Part shown: piece after piece, positions 25,186 through 36,690 of the stretch
Position numbering within the stretch: the stretch's first letter is position 1
How the letters are laid out: the number at the start of each line of letters is the position of its first letter
Source of the DNA: Squalus acanthias
Lineage: Eukaryota
Assembly: GCA_030390025.1 (NCBI GenBank)
Contig: CM059449.1
Span: forward strand, 15,376,001-15,440,000
Reading direction: 5' to 3'
DNA length: 64,000 nucleotides
The notes under the pieces: model-generated
What the model saw: the letters and a program-made list of their open reading frames with translations, nothing else
Told to the model about the DNA's origin: nothing
Database searches by the model: none
Translations under genes and position numbers: made by a program

Positions 25186-25754
25186 AAAGCTAAAACTCTT
25201 TGTCAAGTTTACCCAATGGACCGATGGCATGCAGAAATGGGACTTCATTGTTAAGTTTAGCTGACGGAACAATCTGATCCAGGAAATTGAAACATTTTTT
25301 TCTGTTAAAATGAACGTAATTGTTAAAAAAAAAATTATCCGGAAGAATTAACGTGCCAAGTTTAAAAAAATATTCTATTGTTATGTTCAATGGTCGCAGA
25401 TGATATTTCAGGCATTACTTTAATTTAACCGTATCACTGTTGGTTGTTTCTACTTCCATGTTATATATTAATAAAATACGAATCACCGGAATCAAAAGAG
25501 ACTGTAATGTCCAGAGTATGAATATGATTATTACCGCTAGAAAATTAATAATAAAACGCACAAAAAAAACAGAAAACGGTGGAAGCACTCAGCAGGTCAG
25601 TCAGAATCCGTGGTGGGAGCAGGATACATCAGCCTTTCTGAAAAGTTAAATCGTGTTCGGTCCCCTCGCAGCTACTGAACCGACCTGTTGAGTGTTGCCA
25701 GCATTTTCAGTTTCTGTCACGGATCTCCAGCATCTGCATTTTTCTTTCTTTAGT

Positions 25755-26024
25755 GGGGGGGGGGGGGGGGGGGGGCGGGGGGGGCGGGGGCAGAACGTTT
25801 CCAGCCCAGACAGACAGACACGTGCGTGGAAAAGGAGAGAGAATAAGTGAGAGAGGCAGTGTAGCAAAGCCAGGGCTAAAAAAAGAGACGGCGACCAAAT
25901 ATATAAGCAACTTCTTCCATTGCATCACATCCTGGGCCGGAGTTATCTTCACACTGAGAGGCAGTGGTCATTTTGCCTGCGTCCTTCCTTTTGAACATCG
26001 AATTTACCCGGGTTGCAGGCAGAA
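25755..26024 (+). promoter_or_regulatory. Putative proximal promoter of NCR3-like gene A
   Basis: G-run/GC boxes at 25755-25790 and TATATAA at 25900-25906, 125 bp upstream of the leader ATG. Confidence 0.45.
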
Positions 26025-26067
26025 ATGAATCCGAACATGACGATCTGGGCGGCGATAATTGTATCTG
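26025..26067 (+). CDS. NCR3: NCR3/NKp30-like gene A, leader exon
   Basis: ATG AAT CCG AAC ATG ACG ATC TGG GCG GCG ATA ATT GTA TCT G|gtaagg (MNPNMTIWAAIIVS). Phase 1. Resembles the gene B leader (TIW motif, same gtaagg donor). Confidence 0.75.
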
Positions 26068-26237
26068 GTAAGGTGTTTTAACTCGTTTTAATCTATGTTC
26101 AAGCCTATTGTCCACTATTAGATACCAGGAGGACTCCGTGCAATATAATCATGGGAAAGTTCACTCATTTTGGAAAATAGTATAAAAATGACAGCTGGAA
26201 ATATCAGTGGAGGAACGCCAATGTGCTCTCCCGTTCG

Positions 26238-26697
26238 TCCATCACCCCCTGTGCTCGCTGACCGACATTGGCCCCCGGTTAAGCAACGCCTCGATTTTAA
26301 AATTCTCATCCTTGTTTTCAAATCCCTCCATGGCCTCGCTCCTCCCTATCTCTGTAATCTCCTTCAGCCCCGCAACCCTCCGAGATAACTGCAGTCTTCC
26401 AATTCTGTCCTCTTGAGCATCCCCGATTATAATCGCTCCACCATTGGCGGCCGTGCCTTCAGCTGTCTGGGCCCTAAGCTCTGGAATTCCCTGCCTTAAC
26501 CTCTCCGCCTCTCTACCTCTCTTCCTTTAAGACGCTCCTTAAAACCTACCCCTTTGACCAAACTTTTGGTCACCTACCCTAATTTCTCCTTATGTGGCTG
26601 GGTGTCAAATTTTGTCTTCTAACACTCCTGTGAAGGGCCTTGTGACGTTTTATTACATGAAAGGCGCTGTATAAATACAAGTTGGTGTTGTTGTTGC
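26238..26697 (+). mobile_element. L2 LINE 3' end
   Basis: HWPPVKQRLDFKILILVFKSLHGLAPPYL motif. Tail aggcgctgtataaatacaagttggtgttgttg. Confidence 0.85.
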
Positions 26698-27352
26698 TGC
26701 TATTCCATTCCTGTCTGCTATATTTTAAATCGGTATTTTAATACATATACCACAAACGGGTTAACGTCTCCTTTTAAAGTAGAGGACAGAAGGCAGGAAC
26801 GCGGGGACGGCTTATCCCTAAAGTAGCCAACAATAATTTTGGAGCTGTGTTATGTTTAATACCAGATCACATTCTATAACCGCTGTGCCGAAAGGATATT
26901 TCAGGATTTGTTTACCACCATTAGACCGACCCTAAGCGGCACTATTTTCATATTTACAGACTGCAATGTTATAAAACAACGTGTCTGCTCCGCTCCGGCG
27001 TCATAACCGCCCGTGGAATGTATGCTCCGATATCCTTAAACCCCCAAAACTAAATATCAGTAGCATCGTCACTTAAATCTATATGTTTCTCTATGCATTT
27101 CCATTTGAACCTAAATATTTACCAAACGGAGGGATGCTGGCTCTGGTTAGTCATTATCAACATCACTCTAGGGCCAGGGACAGTAGGGTTCGAATGCAGA
27201 GTAAGGCTGTTTTGCCCTAAAGCTGTCTTTGTAAAATCACAACATTTAAAGTACCTAAATAGACTACAGTTCTAACAGCTACCCCATATTTACAACGTTA
27301 ACTCTATACATTCTGATATCCAGAGCATGTTAGATAGCCCGTGTCTGTGTTA

Positions 27353-30050
27353 TCATAGAATCATAGAACCATAGAATGGTTACAGCACAGAAGGTGGACA
27401 TTCGGCCCGTCGAGCCCGTGCCGGCTCACTCATAGAAACATAGAAAATATAGAAACATAGAAAAATAGGGGCAGGAGTAGCCCATTCGGCCGTTCAAGCC
27501 TGCTCCGCCATTCAATATGATCATGGCTGATCCTCTATCTCAATACCATATTCCTGCTCTCTCCCAATACCCCTTGATGCCTTTTGTGTCTAGAAATCTA
27601 TCTATCTCCTTCTTAAATATATTCAGTGACTTGGCCTCCACAGCCTTCTGTGGTAGAGAATTCCACAGGTTCACCACCTTCTGAGTGAAGACATTTCTCC
27701 CCATCTCAGTCCTAAATGTCCTACCCCGTATCCTGAGACTGTGATCCCTCGTTCGAGACCCCCCAGCCAGGGGAAACATCCTCCCTGCATCCAGTCTGTC
27801 TAGCCCTGTCAGAATTGTATACGTTTCAATGAGATTCCCCGTCATTCTTTAAAACTCTAGTGAATACAGGCCTAGTCGACCCAATCTCTCCTCATACGAC
27901 AGTCCTGCCATCCCAGGAGTCTGGTGAACCGTCGCTGCACTCCCTCTATGGCAAGTATATCCTTTCTTAGGTAAGTAGACCAAAACTGCACACAGTACTC
28001 CAGGTGTGGTCTCACCAAGGCCCTGTACAACTGTAGTAAGACATCCTTGCTCCTGTACTCAAATCCTCTTGCAATGAAGGCCAACATACCATTTGCCTTC
28101 CTAACTGCTTGCTGCACCTGCAAGTTTGCTTTCAATGACTGGTGTACAAGGACAGCCTGGAACCTTTGTACATCAACATTTCCCAATCTATCACCATTTA
28201 AATAATACTCTACTTTTCTGTTTTTCCTACCGAAGTAGATAACTTCACATTTATCCACGTTATACTGGATCTATCATGTATTTGCCCACTCACTCAACTT
28301 GTCTAAATCGACTTGAAGCCACTTTGCATCCTCCTCACAACTCACAATCCCACCTAATTTCGTGTTGTCAGCAAACTTGGAAATATTACATTTGGTTCCC
28401 TCATCCAAATCATTGATATATATTGTGAATATCTGGGACCCAAGCACTGATCCCTGCGGTACCCCACTAGTCACCGCCTGCCACCCCGAAAAAGACCCAT
28501 TTGTTCCTACTCTCTGTTTCCTGTCTGTTAACCAATTTTCAATCCATGCCAGTATATTACCCCCAATCCCATGTGCTTTAATTTTGCACACTAACCTCTT
28601 AAGTGGGGCTTTATCAAAGGCCTTCTGAAAATCCAAATACACCACATCCACTGGTTCTCCCTCATCTATTCTATCAGTTACATCCTCAAAAAACTCCAGT
28701 AGGTTTGTTAAACACAATTTCCCTTTCATAATTTCATGTTGACTTTGTCTAATCCCGTTGATATTTTCTAAGTGTCCTGTTAATACATCCTTTATAATAA
28801 ACTCTAGCATTTTCCCTACTATAGATGTTAGGCTAACCGGTCTGTAGTTCCCTGTTTTCTCTATCCCTCCTTTTTTAAATAGTGGGGTTACATTTGCCAC
28901 CCTCCAATCTGCAGGAGCTGTTCCATAATCTATAGAATTTTGGAAGATGACAACCGATGCATCCACTGTTTCCATGGCTACCTCTTTTAGTACTCTGGGA
29001 TGCAGCTTATCAGGCCCTGGGGATTTATCAGCTTTCAGTCCCATTAATTTCTGCAGCACTATTTTTTTTAACTAAAACTAATTTCCTTTAATTCCTCCTT
29101 CTCACTAGACCCTTGGTTTCCTCGCATTTCTGGGAAGTTATTTGTGTCCTCTTCCGTGAAGACAGAACCAAAGTATCTGTTTAATTGATCATCCATTTCC
29201 TTGTTCCCCATTATAAATTCTCCCGTTTCTGGCTGTAAGGGACAAAAGCAGCTCAGCTAGTCCCACTCCCCCGCCCTTTCCCCTTAGCCCTGCAATTTTT
29301 TTTCCTTCAGGCACTTATCCAATTCCCTTTTGAAAGCTTGATTGGCGCTCCATCCACCACCTCAAACATTCACTCCCTCCACCACCGGCGTACTGTGGCT
29401 GCAGTGTGCACCATCTACAAGATGCACTGCAGCAACTCGCCAAGGCTTCTTCGGCAGTACCTCCCAAACCAACGTCCTCAGCAGGCGCATGGGAACAGCA
29501 CCACCTCCAAGTTCCCCTCGAAGTTACACACCATCCTGACTTGGAAGTGTATCGCCATTCCTTCATTGTCGCTGGGTGAACATCCTGGAACTCCCTCCCT
29601 AACAGCACTGTGGGCGTATCTACACAACACGGACTGCAGAGGTTCAAGAAGGTGGCTCACCACCACCTTCGCAAGGGCAATTAGGGAAGGGCAATAAATG
29701 CTGGCCTTGCCAGCAAAGCCCACATCCCATAAATGAATTTTAAAAAATCTGCCTCCACCATCCTTTCAGGCAGTACATTCCAGATCATAACAACTCGCTG
29801 CGTAATTTTTTTTTTCCTCATCTCGCCTTTGTTTTTCTGCCAATCAATTTAAATCTTTGTCCTCTAGTTCTCGACCCTTCTACTAATGGGAACAGTTTCT
29901 ATCTATCTACTCTGTCTAGACCCCTCATGATTTTGAAAAACTCTATCAAATCTCCTCTCAACCTTCTCTGCTCTAAGAAGAACAACCCCAGCTTCTCCAG
30001 TGTATTCACGTAACTGAAGTCCCTCATCCCTGGAACCATTCTTGTAAATC
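27353..30050 (-). mobile_element. Nested cluster: old CR1 3' end (27353-27430, 29244-29337, 29747-30050) interrupted by a CR1 (-, 27431-29243) and a family-B LINE (+, 29338-29746)
   Basis: The host CR1 sequence resumes collinearly after each insert (compare reverse complement of 23500-24010). The inner CR1 carries RT ORFs 28274-29059 and 27872-28258. Confidence 0.82.
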
Positions 30051-30860
30051 TGAATTTAGAGTTCATTTGTCCTGGTAATTTATTAATTATTGTAAAGGTT
30101 TAGTGATGTCAATAACACACAGGGGCGGGTATGCCCCAGGGCCTGCGCCATCGGCCAGAACTTGCGTGCTATCAAACCAAATGGTGGTAAATCCAAAGAT
30201 ACTGAAATGGCAGAGGATTTGGAGGTTAATTGTCCACACCTACTGGCTGGGGTGGAACCCGATGCGGAATATTAATGGAATGTTTTTAGAACAATATTAA
30301 ACAGGTGGAAGTCAGGTAAGTGACCAAAGTCATAAAAAAGGGAGTGTGGTAAGAGAAAAACAAGATGGCTGCCTGGTCAAGTACAAAGGCAAATAAGACA
30401 TAAGTAAAAATGTGTTTTTGAATATAAATTAAAGGCACCTAATGCACAACAAGACAAAGGCAGGTACCGGGACCAGGGTAGAAAAGCCATTAAAACAGCT
30501 AAACGATTAATGGAAAAGCGGATGGTGGACCACTGTAGTAGTCGTGGAAAATGTCATTCATCTATGTGAAGAGTCAAAGGATCGTCAAAGACTATATTGG
30601 GCTTCTGAAAGATTCACAAGAACAGGTTGGAAAGGTCTCTCAGGGTCCGGCGGAGATACTAAATTAATACTTTGCACCAGTCTTCACTCAGACACGGCTA
30701 AATGGCGTTGTTAGCAATAACGTTGTTAATATTGATACCGTTTTAGACTGCAATGGAACTGAATATCAGGCGCTGCATATAACGGGCGGCCGATTTGATA
30801 CCGCCCGTTTTGCGCCACAATCTGAGATGGATTTCTAGGCCAATGAAACAGAATATCAGG

Positions 30861-32880
30861 TAGCAAAAAATATAAAAACAGATAGTAAGAGTTTTTATAG
30901 TTATATAAAAAGAAAAAGGGTGGCTAAAGTAAATGTTGGTCCCTTAGAGGATGAGACCGGGAAATTAATGGTGGGAAATATGGAGATGGCAAAAACACTG
31001 AATGAATATTTTGTATCAGTCTTTACAGTAGAGGACACTAAGAATATCCCAACACTGGACAAACAGGGGGCTATAGGGGGAGAGGAGCTAAACACGATCA
31101 AAATCACTAAGGAAGTGGTACTCGGTAAAATAATGGGACTCAAGGCGGATAAATCACCTGGACCTGATGGCTTACATCCTAGAGTCTTGAAGGAAGTGGC
31201 GGTAGGGATTGTAGATGCATTGGTAATAATTTTTCAAAACTCCCTGGATTCCGCTAAGGTCCCGGCAGACTGGAAAACTGCTAATGTAACACCCTTATTT
31301 AAAAAGGGCAGTAGACAGAAGGCTGGTAACTATAGACCGGTTAGCCTAACATCTGTGGTAGGTAAAATTTTGGAGTCCATTATTAAGGAAACAGTAACAG
31401 GACATTTGGATAATCATAATTTAATAGGACAAAGTCAGCATGGTTTTACGAAGGGGAAGTCATGTTTGACAAATTTGCTGGAGTTCTTTGAGGAAGTAAC
31501 ATATAGAGTGGATAAAGGGGAACCAGTGGACGTAGTGTATTTAGACTTCCAAAAGGCATTTGACAAGGTGCCACACAAAAGATTATTGCTTAAGGTAAAA
31601 AATCACGGAATTGGGGGTAATATTCTGGCATGGATAGAGGATTGGCTATCTAACAGAAAGCAAAGAGTTGGGATAAATGGTTCATTCTCAGACTGGCAAT
31701 CAGTAACTAGTGGTGTTCCACAGGGGTCAGTGCTGGGTCCCCAACTCTTCACAATCTATATTAACGATTTGGAGGAAGGGACCAAGTGTAACATATCAAA
31801 ATTTGCAGATGATACAAAGATGGGAGGGAAAGTAGTGAATGAGGAGGACATAAAAAACCTGCAAGGGGACATAGACAGGCTAAGTAAGTGGGCAGAGATT
31901 TGGCAGATGGAATACAACACTGGAAAGTGTGAGGTGATGCACTTTGGCAGGAAAAATCCTAGAGCAATTTATTATCTTAATGGCAAGAAACTGGAGAGTA
32001 CTGAAGTGCAAAGGGATCTGGGGGTCCTGGTGCACGAAACTCAAAAGGTTAGTATGCAGGTGCAGCAAGTGATTAAGAAGGCAAATGGAATGTTGGCTTT
32101 CATTGCTAGGGGGATAGAATATAAAAATAGGGAGGTATTGCTTCAGTTGTACAAGGTATTGGTGAGACCGCACCTGGAATACTGCATACAGTTTTGGTGT
32201 CCTTACTTAAGGAAAGACATCCTTGCTCTCGAGGCAGTGCAAAAAAGGTTCATTCGGTTAATCCCGGGGATGAGGGGGTGGTCATATGAGGAGAGGTTGG
32301 GTAGATTGGGACTCTACTCATTGGAGTTCAGAAGAATGAGAGGCGATCTTATTGAAACATATAAGATTGTGAAGGGGTTGGATCGGGTGGATGCGGGGAG
32401 GATGTTCCCGATGACGGGTGAGACGAGAACTAGGGGACATAGTCTTAGAATAAGGGGCTGCTCTTTCAAAACTGAGATGAGGAGGAACTACTTCACTCAG
32501 AGGGTGGTAGGTCCATGGAATATGCTGCCACAAAAAGCTGTAGAAGCTACAACATTAATTAAATTTAAAACAGAAATAGACAGTTTCCTAGAAGTAAAGG
32601 GCATTAAGGGTTACGGGGAGCGGGCAGGAATTTGGACATGAGTCTAGGTTCGGATCGGTCATGGCCCTGTGGGTAGTGGAGCGGGCCCAGGGACTGTGTA
32701 GCCTGATTCTGCTCCTATTTCGTGTGTGCAATTCTGTTAGATGCAGGAGATGGTTCTGTGATAGATAGTAGATTGGCGGTTAGGATGAGATCAGCCATGA
32801 TCTTATTGAATGGCGGAGCAGGCTCGAGGGGCCGATTGGCCTACTCCTGCTCCTATTTCTTATGTTCTTATGTTCTTATG
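30861..32880 (+). mobile_element. Young 5'-truncated CR1 LINE with uninterrupted 573-aa RT ORF
   Basis: ORF 30920-32641 contains [29 protein letters not shown] and FADD. Tail (ttcttatg)n. Absent from the paralogous site at ~35600. Confidence 0.95.
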
Positions 32881-33018
32881 ATGGCCGATTTGATACCGCC
32901 CGCTTTGCGTTGCCGCCCAAGATGAATTTCTAGCAACGCGTTTCCCATATTTCTGTTTTTATTTCAGATTTTTATCATTGGAGGTTTTTTTTAAAGTCAG
33001 ATATTTTCTATTTTATAG

Positions 33019-33360
33019 CAAGACAAACTTTTGGAAACATCACAGTGATCCAAAGCCCAGCCTCGATTATTACAACTGAGGGCGAGTCTGTGGTCCTAAA
33101 CTGCACGTATAATGGGCCAACCGGGATAGCCGCATACAAATGGTATCGAAACAGCCAAGGTGGGACTGAAGTGTCCAACAAAACATCACAGTACACAGGA
33201 CGTGTGATTCTACCGGATCAGAAGGCCTTCTTAGCAAGCAAAGACGCTTCACTACAAATAGCAGACACAAAGCTGTACGATTCAGGAACCTATTATTGCA
33301 AAGTGGAACACGTGGCATGTGGGGAAGCATATGGCCCGGGGACAAAACTTACTGTAATAA
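33019..33360 (+). CDS. NCR3: NCR3/NKp30-like gene A, VJ-type Ig exon copy 1
   Basis: ttatag|CA...ATA A|gtgagt, 342 bp, phase 1-1. V-set hallmarks LNC, W, DSGTYYC and germline J-like GPGTKLTV. EVSNKTSQYTGRV aligns by eye to NKp30 EVRNGTPEFRGRL. Confidence 0.88.
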
Positions 33361-33489
33361 GTGAGTATCGCTCCCTAGTTTTGGCGAAACAATTTGTAAG
33401 TGTGAAAGTGACCCCGATCATAATGAAATGCATGATTACACCCAGGTCTTTTTAATTGGAAATAGCTTTGTGATTTTTAAATAGAAAAG

Positions 33490-33838
33490 AAAAAGAAAGA
33501 CTTGCATTTATATAGCGCCTTTCACGACCACCAGACGTCCCAAAGTGCTTTACAGCCAATGAAGTACTTTTTTTTTGAAGCGGAGTCACTGTTGTATTGT
33601 AGGAAACGCGGCAGCCAATTTGCGCACGGCAAGCTCCCACAAACAGCAATGTGATAATGATCAGGTAATCTGTTTTAGTGATGTTGATTGAGGGATAAAT
33701 ATTGGCTCAGGACACCGGGAAGAACTCCCCTGCTCTTCTTCGAAATAGTGCCATGGGATCTTTTACGTCCACCTGAGAGAGCAGACGGGGCCTCGGTTTA
33801 ACATCTCATCCGAAAGACGGCACCTCCGACAGTACAGC
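33490..33838 (-). mobile_element. Deu-type SINE truncated at the tandem-duplication junction
   Basis: Same as 36215-36565 but lacks the tRNA head and is fused at 33838/33839 to a family-B LINE. Confidence 0.82.
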
Positions 33839-36565
33839 TGGACCAGCCACATAATTACTGTGGCAACAAGAGCAGGTCAGAGGCTAGGTATTCTGCGGCG
33901 AGTGTCTCACCTCCTGACAACCCAAAGCCTTTCTACCATCTGCAGGGCACAAGTAAGGAGTGTGATGGAATACTCTCCACTTGCCTGGATGAGTGCAGCT
34001 CCAACAACACTCAAGAAGCTCGACACCATCCAAGACAATGCAGCCCGCTTGATTGGCACCCTATCCACCTCCTTAAACATTCACTCCCTCCACCACCGGC
34101 ATACCGTGGCTGCAGTGTGTACTATCGACAAGATGCACTGCAGCAACTCGTCAAGGCTTCTTCAGCAGCACCTCCCAAACCCACGTCCTCCTCCACCTAG
34201 AAGGGCAAGGGCAGCAAGCGCATGGGAACACCACCAGCTCCAAGTTCCCCTCCAAGTTACACACCATCCTGATTTGGAAGTATATCGCCATTCCTTCATT
34301 GTCGCTGGGTCAAACTCCCGGAACTCCCTCCCTAACAGCACTGTGGGAGTATCTACACCACACGGACTGCAGCGGTTCAAGTAGGCGGCTCACCACTACC
34401 TTCGCAAGGGCAATTAGGGATGGGCAATAATGTAGGCCTTGCCAGCAATGCCCACATCCATCCCATAAATTAATTTAAAAAAATCTGCCTCCACCACCAT
34501 TTCAGGCAGTACATTGCAGATCATAACAACTCGCTGCATAAAAAAGTTTTTCCTCATGTCGCCTTTGGTTCTCCTGCCAATCAACTTAAATCTGTGTCCT
34601 CTGGTTCTCGACCATTCCGCCAATGGAACAGTTTCTATCTATCTACTCTGTCTAGACCCCTCATGATTTTGAACAACTCTTATCAAATTTCCTCTCAACC
34701 TTCTCTGCTCTAAGGAGAACAATCCCAGCTTCTCCAGTCTATCCATGTAACTGAAGTCCCTCATCCCTGGAACCATTCTTCTAAATCTGAATTTAGAACC
34801 AGTTCATTTGTCCTGGTAATTTATTAATTATTGTAAAGGTTTAGTGATGTCAATAACACACAGCGGGCGGGTATGTCCCAGGGCCTGCGCCACCGGCCAG
34901 CCCTTGCGTGCTATCAAACCAAATGGTGGTAAAACCAAAGATACTGAAATGGCAGAGGATTTGGAGGTTAATTGTCCAAACCTACTGGCTGGGGTGGAAA
35001 CCGATGCGGAATATAAATGGAATGTTTTTAGAACAATGTTAAACAAGTGGAAGTCAGGTAAGTGACCAAAGTCAAAAAAAGGGAGTGTGGTAAGAGAAAA
35101 ACAAGATGGCTGCCTGGTCAAGTACAAAGACAAATAAGACGTAAATAAAAATGTGTTTTTGAATATAAATTAAAGGCACCTAATGCACAACAAGACAAAG
35201 GCAGGTACCGGGACCAGGGTAGAAAAGCCATTAAAACAGCTAAACGATTAATGGAAAAGCGGATGGTGGACCACTGTAGTAGTCGTGGAAAATGTCATTC
35301 ATCTATGTGAAGAGTCAGAGGATCGTCAAAGACTCTATTGGGCTTCTGAAAGATTCACAAGAACAGGTTAGAAAGGTCTCTCAGGGTCCGGCGGAATACT
35401 AAATTAATACTTTGCACCAGTCTTCACTCAGACACGGCTAAATGGCGTTGTTAGCAATAACGTTTTATAATATTGATACCGTTTTAGACTGCAATGGAAC
35501 TGAATATCAGGCGCTGCATATAACGGGCGGCCGATCCGATACCGCCCGTTTTGCGCCACAATCTGAGATGGATTTCTCGGCCAATGAAACAGAATATCAG
35601 GTGCTGATGGCCGATTTGATACCGCCCGCTTTGCGTTGCCGCCCAGGATGAATTTCTAGCAACGCGTTTCCCATATTTCTGTTTTTATTTCAGATTTTTA
35701 TCATTGGAGGTTTTTTTTAAAGTCAGATATTTTCTATTTTATAGCAGGACAAACTTTTGGAAACATCACAGTGATCCAAAGCCCAGCCTCGATTATTACA
35801 ACTGAAGGCGAGACTGTGGTCCTAAACTGCACGTATAATGGACCAACCGGGATAGCCGCATACAAATGGTATCGAAACAGCCATGGTGGGACTGAAGTGT
35901 CCAACAAAACATCACAGTACACAGGACGTGTGATTCTACCGGATCAGAAGGCCTTCTTAGCAAGCAAAGACGCTTCACTACAAATAGCAGACACAAAGCT
36001 GTACGATTCAGGAACCTATTATTGCAAAGTGGAACACGTGGCATGTGGGGAAGGATATGGCCCGGGGACAAAACTTACTGTAACAAGTGAGTATCGCTCC
36101 CTAGTTTTGGCGAAACAATTTGTAAGTGTGAAAGTGACCGCGATCATAATGAAATGCATGATTACACCCAGGTCTTTTTAATTGGAAATAGCTTTGTGAT
36201 TTTTAAATAGAAAAGAAAAAGAGAGACTTGCATTTATATAGTGCCTTTCACGACCACCGGACGTCCCAAAGTGCTTTACAGCCAATGAAGTACTTTTTTT
36301 TTGAAGCGGAGTCACTGTTGTATTGTAGGAAACGCGGCAGCCAATTTGCGCACAGCAAGCTCCCACAAACAGCAATGTGATAATGATCAGGTAATCTGTT
36401 TTAGTGATGTTGATTGAGGGATAAATATTGGCCCAGGACACCAGGGAGAACGCCCCTGCTCTTCTTTGAAATAGTGCTATTGGATCTTCTATGTCCACCT
36501 GAGAGAGCAGACGGGGTCCTCGGTTTAACATCGCATCCGAAAGACGGTACCTCCGACAGTGCAGC
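33839..36565 (+). repeat. Tandem segmental duplication unit (~2.73 kb): LINE-B fragment, CR1 fragment, unique intron, V exon, SINE
   Basis: Collinear with 29338-33838 once the 2020-bp CR1 is removed. V-exon offset is 2726 bp. Confidence 0.92.
35745..36086 (+). CDS. NCR3: NCR3/NKp30-like gene A, VJ-type Ig exon copy 2
   Basis: ttatag|CA GGA...ACA A|gtgagt, 342 bp, phase 1-1, open. Seven substitutions versus copy 1. Confidence 0.88.
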
Positions 36566-36690
36566 GCTCCCTCAGTACTGCACTGAAGTGTCAGCCTAGA
36601 TATTTGTGCTGAAGTCTCTAGAGTGGGAATATGAACCCGCAATTTTCTGACTCAGAGGTAAGGGTGCTACCAACTGAGCCACTGGCTGAC
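36215..36690 (-). mobile_element. Full-length Deu-type tRNA SINE
   Basis: Head gtcagccagtggctcagttggtagc on the minus strand, with core and tail present. Confidence 0.85.

Noticed and set aside
30920-32641. 573-aa RT ORF as a domesticated gene or autonomous element
   Set aside because: It is 5'-truncated (no endonuclease or ORF1, GTG start) and absent from the paralogous site. Its intactness reflects recent insertion.
33361-33455. Hydrophobic ORF extension after the V domain as a TM segment
   Set aside because: It lies after a consensus gtgagt donor, and a proper TM exon exists at 38050.
33019-36086. Rearranging Ig/TCR V segments; CACAGTG heptamer at 33041 and 35767
   Set aside because: The J-like GPGT motif is germline-joined and followed by a splice donor. 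The heptamer is inside the 5' coding region and has no nonamer at 12 or 23 bp.
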